48,131 bases of DNA from Parasitella parasitica NRRL 2501 (lineage: Eukaryota > Fungi > Mucoromycota): the NCBI GenBank assembly GCA_025201805.1, contig MU619300.1, positions 1 through 48,131 on the forward strand, given 5' to 3'. Positions 37,516 through 48,131 of this stretch are shown here, in pieces; the stretch's first letter is position 1, and every line of letters starts with the position of its first letter. Under the pieces are notes generated by a model, which saw only the letters and a list, made by a program, of their open reading frames with translations, ran no database searches and was not told the DNA's origin. Position numbers and translations under genes: made by a program.

Positions 37516-38023
37516 TACCCCTTCCCTCTCTCTGAAATGAAAACGATTCACAATCAACAATGCAGTAGATTGTACTAGCTAATCTATGTAAAAATACCTA
37601 AACGCATATATCACACATCCCCATTTCATGCACTCTGTAGATATTTACTATCCCACTGGGTTAATTATTTTTATTTTCGGTCGATTACCATGAATAAAAG
37701 TATCCCGTAATTCGGCGGAGCAAAATTATTACCCTTCTTGTTATTGTTCCCTCTCTCTCTCTTCTTATCTTCGCATCTTCACATAATAATGCACGCCTGG
37801 ATAAAAAGGGATTATGGGTTTGTCTGAATCTATCATGCAAACTGTTCCCAACATCTTGGATTGAATCAAATAAATCATTGGCACATTACAGTCATGTTAA
37901 TACCGTATTAATTGTCTGCTGGTAGGTACAATGTTATGGGCACCCTGTTTTTCTCATGTCCATTTACTCTTTTTGTTTTTTTTCCTACAGAATAAAACGC
38001 TTTATTCGACTTCTTTTTGCTAG

Positions 38024-39787
38024 ATGAATCGTTTAGCATACAAATCATCAAGGACGGCGTACACTGCTTCGTCTCGGTTATCGCTTGTGAGCCGGTATAA
38101 TATCACCCCTATACATACCCGTTCAGTAAGTTGTTGGTTGCCATTATCGTCTCCGAGAAAGTAACAAATACACATATAGATTTCAACAGAGACTCATTTG
38201 CATTTTGAAGATGACTTACCAGAGGTATAAACTTTATAAGGGTACGACAGAGCAAGTTATTAACATAGCCATAGACTCATGTTTTGCATCGAAAGCTATC
38301 AGGTGCTCGCATGTTTATATTGAATAGGCCCGAGAAACTGAACGCTCTCAATTTGGGCATGATAAGGAACATTGGCCCGCAGCTCAAAGCATGGGATATA
38401 TCCAAATTGGCCAAGGTGATATTAATGAAGGGCGTAGGAAAAGGAAGATTCAGCGTTGGCGATGACATTTTAGGTATGATTTACATTGCATGCATGAAAT
38501 ACAGTATTGATTGATTTTTGGATATAGATGTGCTAACCCGAGCCAAAGCAAAAGATCCTGACGCATTATACTTTTTTCAAGACAAATTTCGTCTAGTACA
38601 AATGATAGCTACTCTGCAAACTCCCTATGTGGCGGTCCTGGACGGATATGCGTGTAAGTCTCTCATTTTTCCTTCTATTTTTTAATTTTTTTTTTTGGGG
38701 GGGGGGAAGAGGGGAAACAAACGTTTTATTGTTCTCATGCAATGTTTGTAGTAGGTGGTGCATTGGGATTATTTGTACACGGACCTTTTAGGATTGCTAC
38801 AGAAAAAACAATCTTTGCAACCCCAGAAGTTAGCCTGGGCGCATTTCTGAATTCAGGATCCAGCTTTTATTTATCGAGATTAGATGGGGAGATTGGACCT
38901 TATTTGGCGCTGACGGGACACAGACTAGAGGGAATTGATGCATTGTAAGCGTCGTGTATCGCAACATCGACTGTATTCTAACACTTGTTCAAATCAGCTT
39001 TGCAGGCATTGCTACTCATTATATTCCTTCGTCGAGACTGGCAGCGTTGGAGGACAGATTGATAGATTTAGAGACGTCAGAACATGAAATCATCCAAAGA
39101 GTCCTGGAAAAGTTCGTCGACAAGAAACCAGTGGATAGAATTGGATTTCCAAAAGAGATTAGAGAGTCCATCGATAAATGTTTTGCGTTTGATACCGTCG
39201 AGGAGATAGTCGCCGCATTGGACAAAGAGAAATCATCCAAATGGACTAGAGAAACTAAGCAAAGATTGACCACCTTTTCTCCCACCAGCCTCAAAGTGAC
39301 GCTAAAAGCACTTCGAAAAGCCAAAAACATGTCTCTTGTTCAGTGCCTCAACATGGAATTTGATTTAATTCAGAAATTCCTAGTGACAAAAGATTTTCAT
39401 GAAGGTGTGGAGGCTGTGTTCACGAGTAAACCCAGAAGAAAACCGCAATGGCAGCCGCCTCAGTTAGCAGGTATATCTGAGGATGACATTGATCAATTGT
39501 ATTTTTCCGATGCGTCGCCTAATGATTTGTCTTTGTCATCTAAAATGGACTTGAAAAGCTATCCATACTCAAGATTTGCATTACCGAGTGAGGAAGAAGT
39601 GCGATTGGCAATCACAGGCAAGGGCCCTGAGTTCCAGATGGAGGGAAGGCTAAAAGACGAGGACGAAGTCATTGCATGGTTTGTAAATGGACATAGAGGA
39701 AAATGGGGTGTTCGTGAAAAGATCTTGGACATTATTGATCGGAAAACTGTTGGCACTGAAGAAGAAGGTTTGGTCTGGTTGCCATGA
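38024..39787 (+). CDS. EHD3: 3-hydroxyisobutyryl-CoA hydrolase-like (Ehd3/mS47, crotonase fold), with a mitochondrial presequence; active-site motifs diverged
   Basis: It has an Arg/Ser-rich N-terminus, LNRPEKLNALN, GGALGL.VHGPFRIATEKT.FA.PE, YLALTG.RL.G, GIATHYIPS, SPTSLKVT, DFHEGV and a fungal C-terminal extension (ALPSEEEV). Confidence 0.85.
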
Positions 39788-39909
39788 TTTGTTTCCGAAA
39801 CAAAATATATAGCGTCTTGTAGATATAAAAAGCCACTCGTTGGGATGCTTTAAGCCTTATTTTTTATTTTACTTTTTCCAGTTCATGTAATTTTGTAACA
39901 ATACATATC

Positions 39910-40446
39910 ATGTCCACTTATTACGAAACACTACAAGTGAGCGAAACAGCCTCTTCAGATATTATTAAACAAAGATTTCAGCAATTGATTTTAAAAGTAA
40001 CGTACTTTGTTGAATCAAATCAAAAAAAACAAAAAAAAACTGAATTTCTTCTAGCACCATCCTGACAAATGCACAGACAACAACGATGAAGCTTTAACAC
40101 ACAACATCCTAAAAGCCTGGGAGATTTTAAGAGACCCTATAAGTCGTAAAGATTATGATATTGAACTACAATGTAAACTCTATATCGGTATAGAGCATGT
40201 AACCATGACAGCTAAAAATTTAATCCAGGTCAGAGAAATAAAAAAGATCTTGCCATTGGAGCCGAAGTTGATTTGGATGACATGGAATACAGTATAGCCG
40301 AGGGATCATACTCACTGGTGTGTCGTTGTTCTGGAGATTATGTGATCACTGAGGACGAACTAGAGACGGGAATCGATGTTGTTGGGTGTAATAATTGCTC
40401 ACTGAGAATTCGAGTATTGTATGATGTTGTAGACGATGATGAGTAA
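39910..40446 (+). CDS. DPH4: Diphthamide biosynthesis J-protein Dph4 (J domain plus CSL zinc finger); two introns
   Basis: MSTYYETLQV...|HHPDK...AWEILRDP.SRKDYD is followed by EVDLDDM and CRCSG...GCNNCSL. It is missed by the ORF track because the exons are short. Confidence 0.9.
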
Positions 40447-40557
40447 AGAAAGAACTTTCGACGTCATGGTAGATAAAAAAAAATATATATATATATTTCC
40501 ATAAACATAGCCCTTACGCCGTTTTTCGTCTCAAACCTCCCATACCGCATAAACTTA

Positions 40558-41091
40558 ATGTTACTGAATCTATCTCTTCGTTTCCGACAAATACCATCTC
40601 TAAGAGCATTTACAACAAATAAACCTCCTCTGGTTGTGAGACAAAAGATTGTTTTGAAAGATGAAGAGTTAGTTGAAACATTTGTTAAAGGCTCTGGTCC
40701 TGGAGGCCAATGTATAAATAAGCGATCTAGTTGTGTTGATTTAAGACATATACCTACTGGAATTAGAGTGCAGGTTAGCATAAACCCTATAAATTACTTG
40801 AAACTGTCAAATTTAATATAATTAATCTAGTGTCAGCAATCAAGATCATTAGCAGATAATCGAGGTATTGCTAGAAAGCTATTGCGAGAGAAATTAGATG
40901 ACTTGATCAATGGAAAACAAAGTAAAAATGGACAAAAGGCAGCTAAAGTAGCCAAGCAAAAGGCACGAAGAGCTAAACGAGCCAAGCAAAAGTACGGAGA
41001 TCCACAGGACGATACGTTGCCAACTACTACCAATTCTTTAACAGAACAAGCAAAAAGTGGCTCGCAGATTCATGTCGATACGGATAAATAG
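40558..41091 (+). CDS. Mitochondrial class-I release-factor family rescue factor (C12orf65/MTRFR-like); intron 40774-40830
   Basis: [33 protein letters not shown]|CQQSRS..DNR.IARK is followed by a basic helical tail. Confidence 0.88.
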
Positions 41092-42255
41092 AGCGAACAT
41101 TATCATTAAATTGTTTTTAAAAAAAAAGAGTCTTAAAGTGAACGTGGAGATGCTTTAAGCTGAACTATCCAAGAGGACAGACGTCCTTGCTAGGATAAAT
41201 GTAACAAAGCCGTAAATATGCTTCTCCAACGAGGGAAAACATTGTACATTGCAGTTGATAGTAAAGGTTTTCATGTCATCATACTTTATCCATTAACCTT
41301 GCTAATCTCTGAGACTACTTTTACCCATCCACAGTTCCAATTCTTTGCACGAACAGTAAGAGTTGGACATGTCAGCTGAACAGATACATTGTTTGACAAA
41401 GATATTCGCAGCGCGAGGTAGATCGCAAGGCTCTTCATTCTGGTATCTGAAAGATAATATCAAGCTCAATGCAACAAATAAAATAATGCAGTATTTAGAT
41501 ATTCTCTCAGTTGTAGCAGGAGCAGCAATGGTACCAAATAGGTCATGAGAAAGGGCCATCATAGAAGAGTCACCAAGAGCAGTTTTAACACAACCGTATA
41601 ACGGTAGTGCACACAATATAAATTATGATATATTTTACTATGAAAAAAACCTAATTTCAAGTATATTAAAAGCTTCTTTCGTAATTTGAAGATGAACGAT
41701 AATCTCCAAGATTTGGGTCCTGACATACAAAATGCATGGCTGAACGTTCTAATATGTTTGTAAACTGTATGAAACTACAGTCAGACCAGTACCAGCAACT
41801 ATGAACATTAACAGAAAATAGTGATATAGCTATATTTGAAAAGAAAAGAAAAGAATTAATGAATTTATAAACAAAACCAATGAAGAATACAAGAGGATCC
41901 ACCTGAAATCACTCCAACTACCAGTTCTTTTATAGAGGAAGGGAGTAGCCTGTAAACCTGAAAAAAAAAGGGGGGAGGAGAGAGAGGAAGATGCCCAAAC
42001 GAAGGTGAAAGAAGGAAAAAGGGCACAATGGCTTAAAACTATTTCAATAAACAAGCTTAAAAATCAAGTATTTTTTTCCAACAGAATAGCCATTTTGATT
42101 TGAATCCAAATGAACTCCTTGAAACACTGTATTGTATTAAGAACAAAAGCCTGTTTACATGTAAATTTATGTATATCATGTACATAGTCAACAGGGGAGA
42201 TTAACAGTGTTTATGTATGATAGCGAATTAAAAAAAAAGCAAACATTCATAGTTG

Positions 42256-42263
42256 GTTGTTGT

Positions 42264-42297
<34 letters not shown>
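42256..42297. repeat. (GTT)n microsatellite
   Basis: Direct reading of the sequence. Confidence 0.9.
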
Positions 42298-43308
42298 AAG
42301 AGTGAAAGGAGGTAGAAGAAAAGTCGTCAATATTGCATGTAATGAAATGCTGCTGTACATTGCGTGCATTGAACTATTTCTATTAAGAAGGTGCACGGGC
42401 TAAAGAACCAATAGTTCAATTTAATTGAATTTTTACCTTGGCTTTTTATCTGGATCTTCCATTGTTACCATTAGAAAACACTCCTTCCATCTCTCTTTCT
42501 CTTTGTCTTGCTTAATGGTACATGCCTCCCTCTTTTTGCTCTGTTCCTATTAAAATTCAAAAAAAAAAAAAAAAAAAAAAAAAAGCATCCCTCTCTTTGA
42601 GTCGACCTACACAGTAAAAGATATAGATGCTATGCATTTCTCGCAAATAAGCAATGACACATCAGCCCTTTTTCTCGATCGATTTGCTCATCTATTCCAG
42701 GGATTTGTTATTGTTGAAGACTGCTCGTGAGCTATGATAAATATACCTTTTATAATATTATTTGTTTACATCGTGTGTATTATTTTATTATGTACATATG
42801 CAGGTCCTGATAGACCGATATTGCATATAAATTTAGTTAGATTGGTAAATCATTGACAGTTTAAATTGTGTAATGTGTAAAGTCGCGGAGCAATGTATAC
42901 ATTTACTCCTTGATGATGACCGATGTACAGTATGGAAAATCCTTGTAGATAGGCGAAATGTCATTTTGCCAAGGAGAAAAAGTTAAATCATGGTAAATTT
43001 TAGTTTCTTCTCCAACAGTATGAAATGTCTTCCAAACATTTGTTACAAAGTTAAGGGGGATCAAATCCATTTTACTATGATGATGGTTGGGGGAAAAGGG
43101 GGGGGGGTGACTCATGCAGGAGTCCTTGTGTCTATTTTCTTTTCTTCTTACGGGCAAATGCGTATATATAAACCAAATAAATATGTTAATGAAATTTGTA
43201 GTGTTCATCATTTTTATTCAAGGAGATAAACTAAACTATTCATGTATTAAACCGATTTTCATCTCTTTCTTTTGTTTATCCATTTTCTTTATACATACAT
43301 ATAAAATA

Positions 43309-44760
43309 ATGTCAAACACTATCAGTTGTAAAAAGTCGTCTTCACTAAAAAAGAAAGCATCCCATGGAGACAAACTCAATGACCCTTTCAACCGTACCTG
43401 GTCAGCCTCGACATCTCGAAATCAATTGCGACAGCAGCAATGCACGTTCGATGTAACAAATTATATTATATCAACGCTGCCCATTGAGGCTCGTATAGAT
43501 TTCTATGAGAAAAAGTACCAACTTGTCATGGAATCAAAAACACAGCTATCGTCTTGGATCAAATCAACAAGAGAAAATGCTTCTCCTCCTCCGAGGCCAT
43601 GCTTTTCGCCTACGCCATCATCAACTAGATCAAGGCTACCCGATTTCTTGTTCTCGTCTCTATCAACAAGACCAAAAAGAAAGAGCCAAGTGGATATTGA
43701 TTCATCACAATCGCCCACCCCAAAATCCTCCATCAGTACATTTTTGAAAAAAGCAAGCGGTACTCTCACGCCATCCTATAGTAAGCAGCCATCGAAGCGC
43801 CTTCAAACAAATACAATGTTACAACAAGACTACACCACTCGTCGGTTCTCATTAGCCTCCTCGCTAAACCGACTCTCCTTATCAAGAAATGCTTCTAGCA
43901 GTGCAGTTCACTCGGAAGAGCCACCAAGCCTTGCAAACAATGAAAAGAAAATTAATACTACTATTACCACGAAATCGAAATACAAAAGATTCTCAACACC
44001 TCATCGACAGAGTCCTTCACCCCCTCTACTTCAAAAAGAACAAAAAAAAGCGACTCCAACCTACTCTACGGAAACGAAAAGAGGATTGAAAAGCGTTGCC
44101 AGCACCAAAGTGCGGCCTCAATCTAATATTCTTCCGCAATCTTCTTCCTCAATCTTCCTTGAAAGACTTCGTTCGAGATCTCCCATATCTGAAACCTCGC
44201 CCAAATCGAGTCAGCAAGTAATCCAGCCCAACATTAAACCTTCTCAATCAAATACTTTTAACAGCAATTCCTCCATTGGCACAATGGACGAAGATACTCC
44301 TCCCGCCTCTCCTTCATCCAGTGATTCATATTCAACGCCCCCTCTTTCTCCTCATCATTATGGTGGCCACCAGCTATACTTCACACACCGAAGTAAGAGA
44401 CGAAGCCAAGAACTATTTTTTCAATATCATGCCACAGTAAAACCTTCTTTGACGATGATGGCAAACATCACTGAGAATAGAATACTAGAGCAGCAAGAAG
44501 AAAAATCCGTACTGCCAAATCAAACAAACAATACTAGTAACATTAATAATAATTATAACAAATGTGTTCCTGCAGCTGCACTACCATTGAATGGTGGCGA
44601 CTATTCTGTAATGAATACTACTGCCATAACGACAACGGCTACACAGACACAACAAACGAAAAAGAAACGTGCATCCATATTAACCACTCCTTCTTTTTCA
44701 ACAATACGCCTAATATCCCAAAAATCACAGTTTTTAAAACGACAAAGTATGTTGGCCTAA
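43309..44760 (+). CDS. Ser/Thr/Pro-rich, largely disordered hypothetical protein with a short N-terminal helical segment
   Basis: It is a long uninterrupted ORF (~480 aa from the ATG at 43309). PIEARIDFYEKKYQLVMESKTQLSSWI is the only segment that looks folded. Confidence 0.7.
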   Translation: MSNTISCKKSSSLKKKASHGDKLNDPFNRTWSASTSRNQLRQQQCTFDVTNYIISTLPIEARIDFYEKKYQLVMESKTQLSSWIKSTRENASPPPRPCFSPTPSSTRSRLPDFLFSSLSTRPKRKSQVDIDSSQSPTPKSSISTFLKKASGTLTPSYSKQPSKRLQTNTMLQQDYTTRRFSLASSLNRLSLSRNASSSAVHSEEPPSLANNEKKINTTITTKSKYKRFSTPHRQSPSPPLLQKEQKKATPTYSTETKRGLKSVASTKVRPQSNILPQSSSSIFLERLRSRSPISETSPKSSQQVIQPNIKPSQSNTFNSNSSIGTMDEDTPPASPSSSDSYSTPPLSPHHYGGHQLYFTHRSKRRSQELFFQYHATVKPSLTMMANITENRILEQQEEKSVLPNQTNNTSNINNNYNKCVPAAALPLNGGDYSVMNTTAITTTATQTQQTKKKRASILTTPSFSTIRLISQKSQFLKRQSMLA

Positions 44761-46560
44761 CTACAATTTCTATAGTATATACCTGTAAATGTATATATGT
44801 GAATACACAGATTTAATTCAACAGGGCCATGTAATTATTGCTACTACTACAATGTAATATGCTTGTTTAAATCAATAAAAATAAATTTTATGTACATATC
44901 ATAGATCAACCAGTTTTTTTGGTACCTGGTTGCCACGGTTGAATTAAGGCAGCGGCTTCATATGGTTTGATTTTAGTTGTCTAATCCAGGTTTCTTGCAA
45001 TGAATCATTATCGAAAGAAAGTTATAGATTAACTCTCGATCTCAAAAACTTATTCAAACGATAAAGCACTTTTAAGTCTTTGATGTATCGCCTACTTACT
45101 TGAAAAGATTTAAAATCCACGGCATTATTTAAACTGAATGAATGGCTCGACTCTCTTGTGAACCAGGAAATCAACATTAGCCCCTTAAACTAGTTTTGTG
45201 GCAAAATCAATTTGATGTGGAGTATTATCCATTTATTGCGCTAGTTGATGCGATTTAGAGATACAAACATTTTTCAAATGAATAGTCAACCGTTAACTGA
45301 CTGAAAAACTAGACCAATTTATTTCATATCTGTATACGACCATGCTTCTATTAATTCTTCAAGATTACGTGAATATTAGAGTCTCGTAGAGGACTCAGCT
45401 CTTTGTTGACATGTTGAAAATTTGCAAGCTTTGGTGTCAGATTTACTAGGCTTTAGATGTCGTTAAAGTTGGCCTTCATGTTAAGAAAGCTGTCAGTTTC
45501 ATGATATCAGCCGTAATTTCACATATATTAGCTAGTAGAATAGGCCAAGCAATGATCATAAACGTCTACAACTCATAATTTGTTTGGAGCAATTTAACCT
45601 CTATTCAACACAATCAATATTCCCACTTTTACTTTTGTTATTTACAACATGAAATTCAACAGTACAAAAACGTTAACTTTGAAATAGAATAGTTCTTTTT
45701 TTTTTGCAAAACAAAAATACCGCAGTTGCTCATCCAGCAAGTATGAGACAAATTCTGTAAAGACTCAAAGGGAGGTCGATGTTACTATAGATTTATTGAT
45801 CGATTTAGAGATGGATGAGCATACATGTTCAATGATATGTCCTTTTAGTAGAAAAATACAGTTGCTGCTTATGTAGAATGCCCTTTGTTTACGATGGCGA
45901 GTATCACTCTAGACTCATCATTCGATATTAAACGTTGTGCAATATACAAATCCTTAAGCTCTTAATACCTGCTGATAATGTAGTTGACCTGAACAAATAA
46001 TGGCCTTGTAAATCAACGAAATAATCCATAGCCGTCTATTAGGAAGATTTAGCTATATACTTCTCTACCATCTTCATGAGACTAGCTCATGTCGAAACAC
46101 AATTGGTACGGCGATAGCATTAGAAAGTCTATCATTTTTAAAAAGAGTAACTTGAGATTACAAGCAAAAATACAGCCTCCTATCCCCTAATTAGATCATA
46201 ATACTTTTATGGTCAATCACCGAGACTAATATGCTTAATTTGAAACGACTGATTTGAGCTTGTATACTGATATCCCAGGCTTGCAGTATCTGCCTATTCG
46301 TATTTTTATGTAAAGATGCGATACAATACCAAAAATGTGTTCAGTTCTAGTAGAGGTCATGCAAGGGCAAATTATTAGTACCCTCATCACCGAATACAGA
46401 GCTGTTTACATTTAATATTTGAATATTCTCCTAAAAGTTAAGGAATACCCCTGTTTTTATAAACTATACAGTTGATCCAATAAATTATGTTGTCCGGGCC
46501 GAATAAACTGTCGCCCAATCAGAAATAAGTTTTCGCTGTTACAGTCGACGAAACTAGGTT

Positions 46561-46745
46561 GGGCCAGTAAGAAAAAATTTGGGTCATCTTAAAATTGAAT
46601 TTGGACGTCGCAATGAAAGTGGGACACCAGTATGAAAATGGGACAGCAATATGAAATTGGGACACCAGTATGAAATTGGGACACGATTATAAAAATGAGA
46701 CGCCAGTATGGAAATGATACATCAAGATGAAAGTAGAATATATTG
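46561..46745 (+). repeat. Tandem array of ~7-9 copies of a 19-bp unit (consensus GGGACACCAGTATGAAATT), probably a transposon subterminal repeat
   Basis: Units start at 46602, 46621, 46640, 46659, 46678, 46697 and 46716, with weaker copies at 46561 and 46581. Confidence 0.85.
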
Positions 46746-47122
46746 AGACACGCCTAGTTTTGGCCAAATGCGTGAACAAGAGGGTATAGTCCTCTTATAC
46801 CTAGCATGAAAAGTAATAAATAGGCTATCAGAATACTATGCTATGATACTACAGAGAACTCAGGGCTTTTATCAATTCTAAAAAAGATGAGGTCATTAGG
46901 TCTTTGTTGTAGTCATTGCTTAAACTCTGTAATAGTAGGCTTATAATTCAGTACAAGTGCCAATGTTGCGAAAATAATGCATCAGAAAAGCTGATAATTT
47001 CATATGAATTTGTTCAGTCATATAATAAGCAGCGTTTGATGTATATAAAGGACATGATCTTGGATCTAAAGATTTATTCAGTTAGATGGAACTTAATAAA
47101 AGCTCACACAAAGCGTACTGAA

Positions 47123-48131
47123 ATGCCTCCAAAAAGAAAGCCAGGTAAAGTATTTAGTTTAAAGTCTAACTGTATATCATATGTCTTACTGTATACTTTT
47201 GGATTCTTCTGGAAACAAAGGTGCTGGAGATTCTGGACCAAGAAAAAAGAAGGGAAAAGAGAAAGGTATGCTAAATATTTATATAACTGAAAAAGACACT
47301 AATAAAACTAATAATACCAACGTTGCTTTAGCCAAGGATGTTGCTTCAAGTATTCCTGCTGACTTTTTTGAAGATGAAGAATATGAAGACTTTCAAGTTC
47401 CAATCGGTCTCCGTCCTCCTCCTTCCACAATAGCCAGAGAACAGCGCGATATCGAAGAAGCAACAAGATTGTCTTTACAAAGACAGGGTGTCGCTGAGTC
47501 CGGTGAATCTAGTTCTTCTACCAACGTACGCCAAACCCCTCAAATTGCTCGTTCCACTGTTATTGCTGATTTCGAAGAAGATGATGACTTTCAAAAGCCT
47601 ATTGTTATTCGACCTCGTACTACTCGCGCAACAACCTCAGTTACTACTCCTGTACAAGCTTCCACTCAATCTACAGGTATGCCAATACCTAAAATGAACT
47701 ATACTTTTGAGTTTTTACTAAATACTCTTTTAAATTTAATACAGGAATGTCACAAGAGTTTAAAAAGGCTGTCAGTCTCACTCCAAGTACACCTAGTCAA
47801 TCCTCTAGTACCCCAGTGTACCTATCCGAGAAAGTCAAAATGAAACAAGCGCGTTCTGAAGCCAAGAGGAAAGCTCGACAAAAATCTTCCACTACTAAAT
47901 CTAAAAGAAATCCCAATGTTGCAACAGAAGAACCTGAAGTCGTTGGTCCAAGAACTAGGAGAACAAAGTTTGTAATCAAAACGAAACTGGAAGCTATGCT
48001 AAGGGCTGAAGACTTCAATCAAGACCAAAGAACTGGCTTTATAACAGAAGTACATCGCGTTGTTCGTCATCTCAGTGATGTTACTTATGCAGCTTCATTA
48101 TTTCTGAACTGGTTCTGTCTGAGGCTCTTGA
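47123..48131 (+). CDS. Fanzor1-like (TnpB-derived) RNA-guided nuclease candidate, 5' part only; introns ~47145-47202/47220, 47266-47331 and 47677-47744
   Basis: It starts MPPKRKP. The last exon stays open to the window edge and ends TKFVIKTKLEAML...FITEVHRVVRHLSDVTYAASLFLNWFCLRLL, which resembles the first WED strand plus the long REC helix of Fanzor1 proteins. The RuvC domain is not in the window. Confidence 0.55.

Larger units (their letters stand above)
46469..48131 (+). mobile_element. Putative left arm of a DNA transposon carrying a Fanzor1-like gene (truncated by the window end)
   Basis: Candidate TA|CAG termini lie at 46469 and 46542, followed by the 19-bp array and then a spliced ORF with a Fanzor-like N-terminal region. 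Confidence 0.5.

Noticed and set aside
38024-41091. Tight same-strand run EHD3-DPH4-MTRFR (gaps ~110-120 bp) as a functional translation cluster
   Set aside because: Short intergenic distances are common throughout this window (e.g. RPS0-TRM13), and the products act in different compartments.
41200-42100. Minus-strand ORF fragments downstream of the MTRFR-like gene
   Set aside because: They could be a TE relic, but no diagnostic motif was found.
44900-46450. Stop-riddled, coding-like sequence before the putative transposon end
   Set aside because: There are only faint hints of a decayed nuclease-like gene (around 45400-45530), which is not enough to name.
46561-46745. 19-bp array as a CRISPR-like repeat-spacer array
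   Set aside because: The units are head-to-tail and mutually similar along their whole length, with no unique spacers. The context is eukaryotic and there are no cas genes.

Overview
Eukaryotic DNA from a fungus, almost certainly Mucorales (Mucor/Parasitella/Rhizopus-like). This is inferred from AT-rich intergenic DNA, many ~55-70 nt GT-AG introns and Mucorales-type transposon families. The layout has four parts. (1) 1-5,100 is a transposon/effector graveyard: an internally deleted Helitron with an intact 3' end, two decayed PD-(D/E)xK-like genes, a Tc1/mariner transposase lacking its DDE core, a short-unit repeat array and a frameshifted F-box gene. (2) 6,100-29,600 holds housekeeping genes: a Dnf1/2-like P4-ATPase, RPS0, TRM13, two tandem DHA1 MFS transporters, a WKF-domain protein, a degenerate GPI-anchored CE4 deacetylase, bleomycin hydrolase, Rap1/Rsr1 and an F-box/LRR gene. 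(3) 30,000-35,500 is an AT-rich accessory block with a Pif1-helicase relic and an unusual secreted protein carrying a poly-(Glu-Asp) block followed by (HKKHHKK)x5. (4) 35,600-44,800 holds SLC41, an EHD3/HIBCH-like gene, DPH4, an MTRFR-like gene and a Ser-rich ORF. From ~46,470 to the window edge there appears to be the left end of a DNA transposon (TA|CAG termini, 19-bp tandem array). It is followed by a spliced gene whose last exon resembles the N-terminal WED/REC region of Fanzor1 RNA-guided nucleases and which has a long N-terminal extension (NLS, ubiquitin-interacting motif, duplicated acidic-Phe motif). That gene is cut off by the window end, so the RuvC domain and omegaRNA cannot be seen. 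All family calls are by eye from motif recognition; no searches were run.
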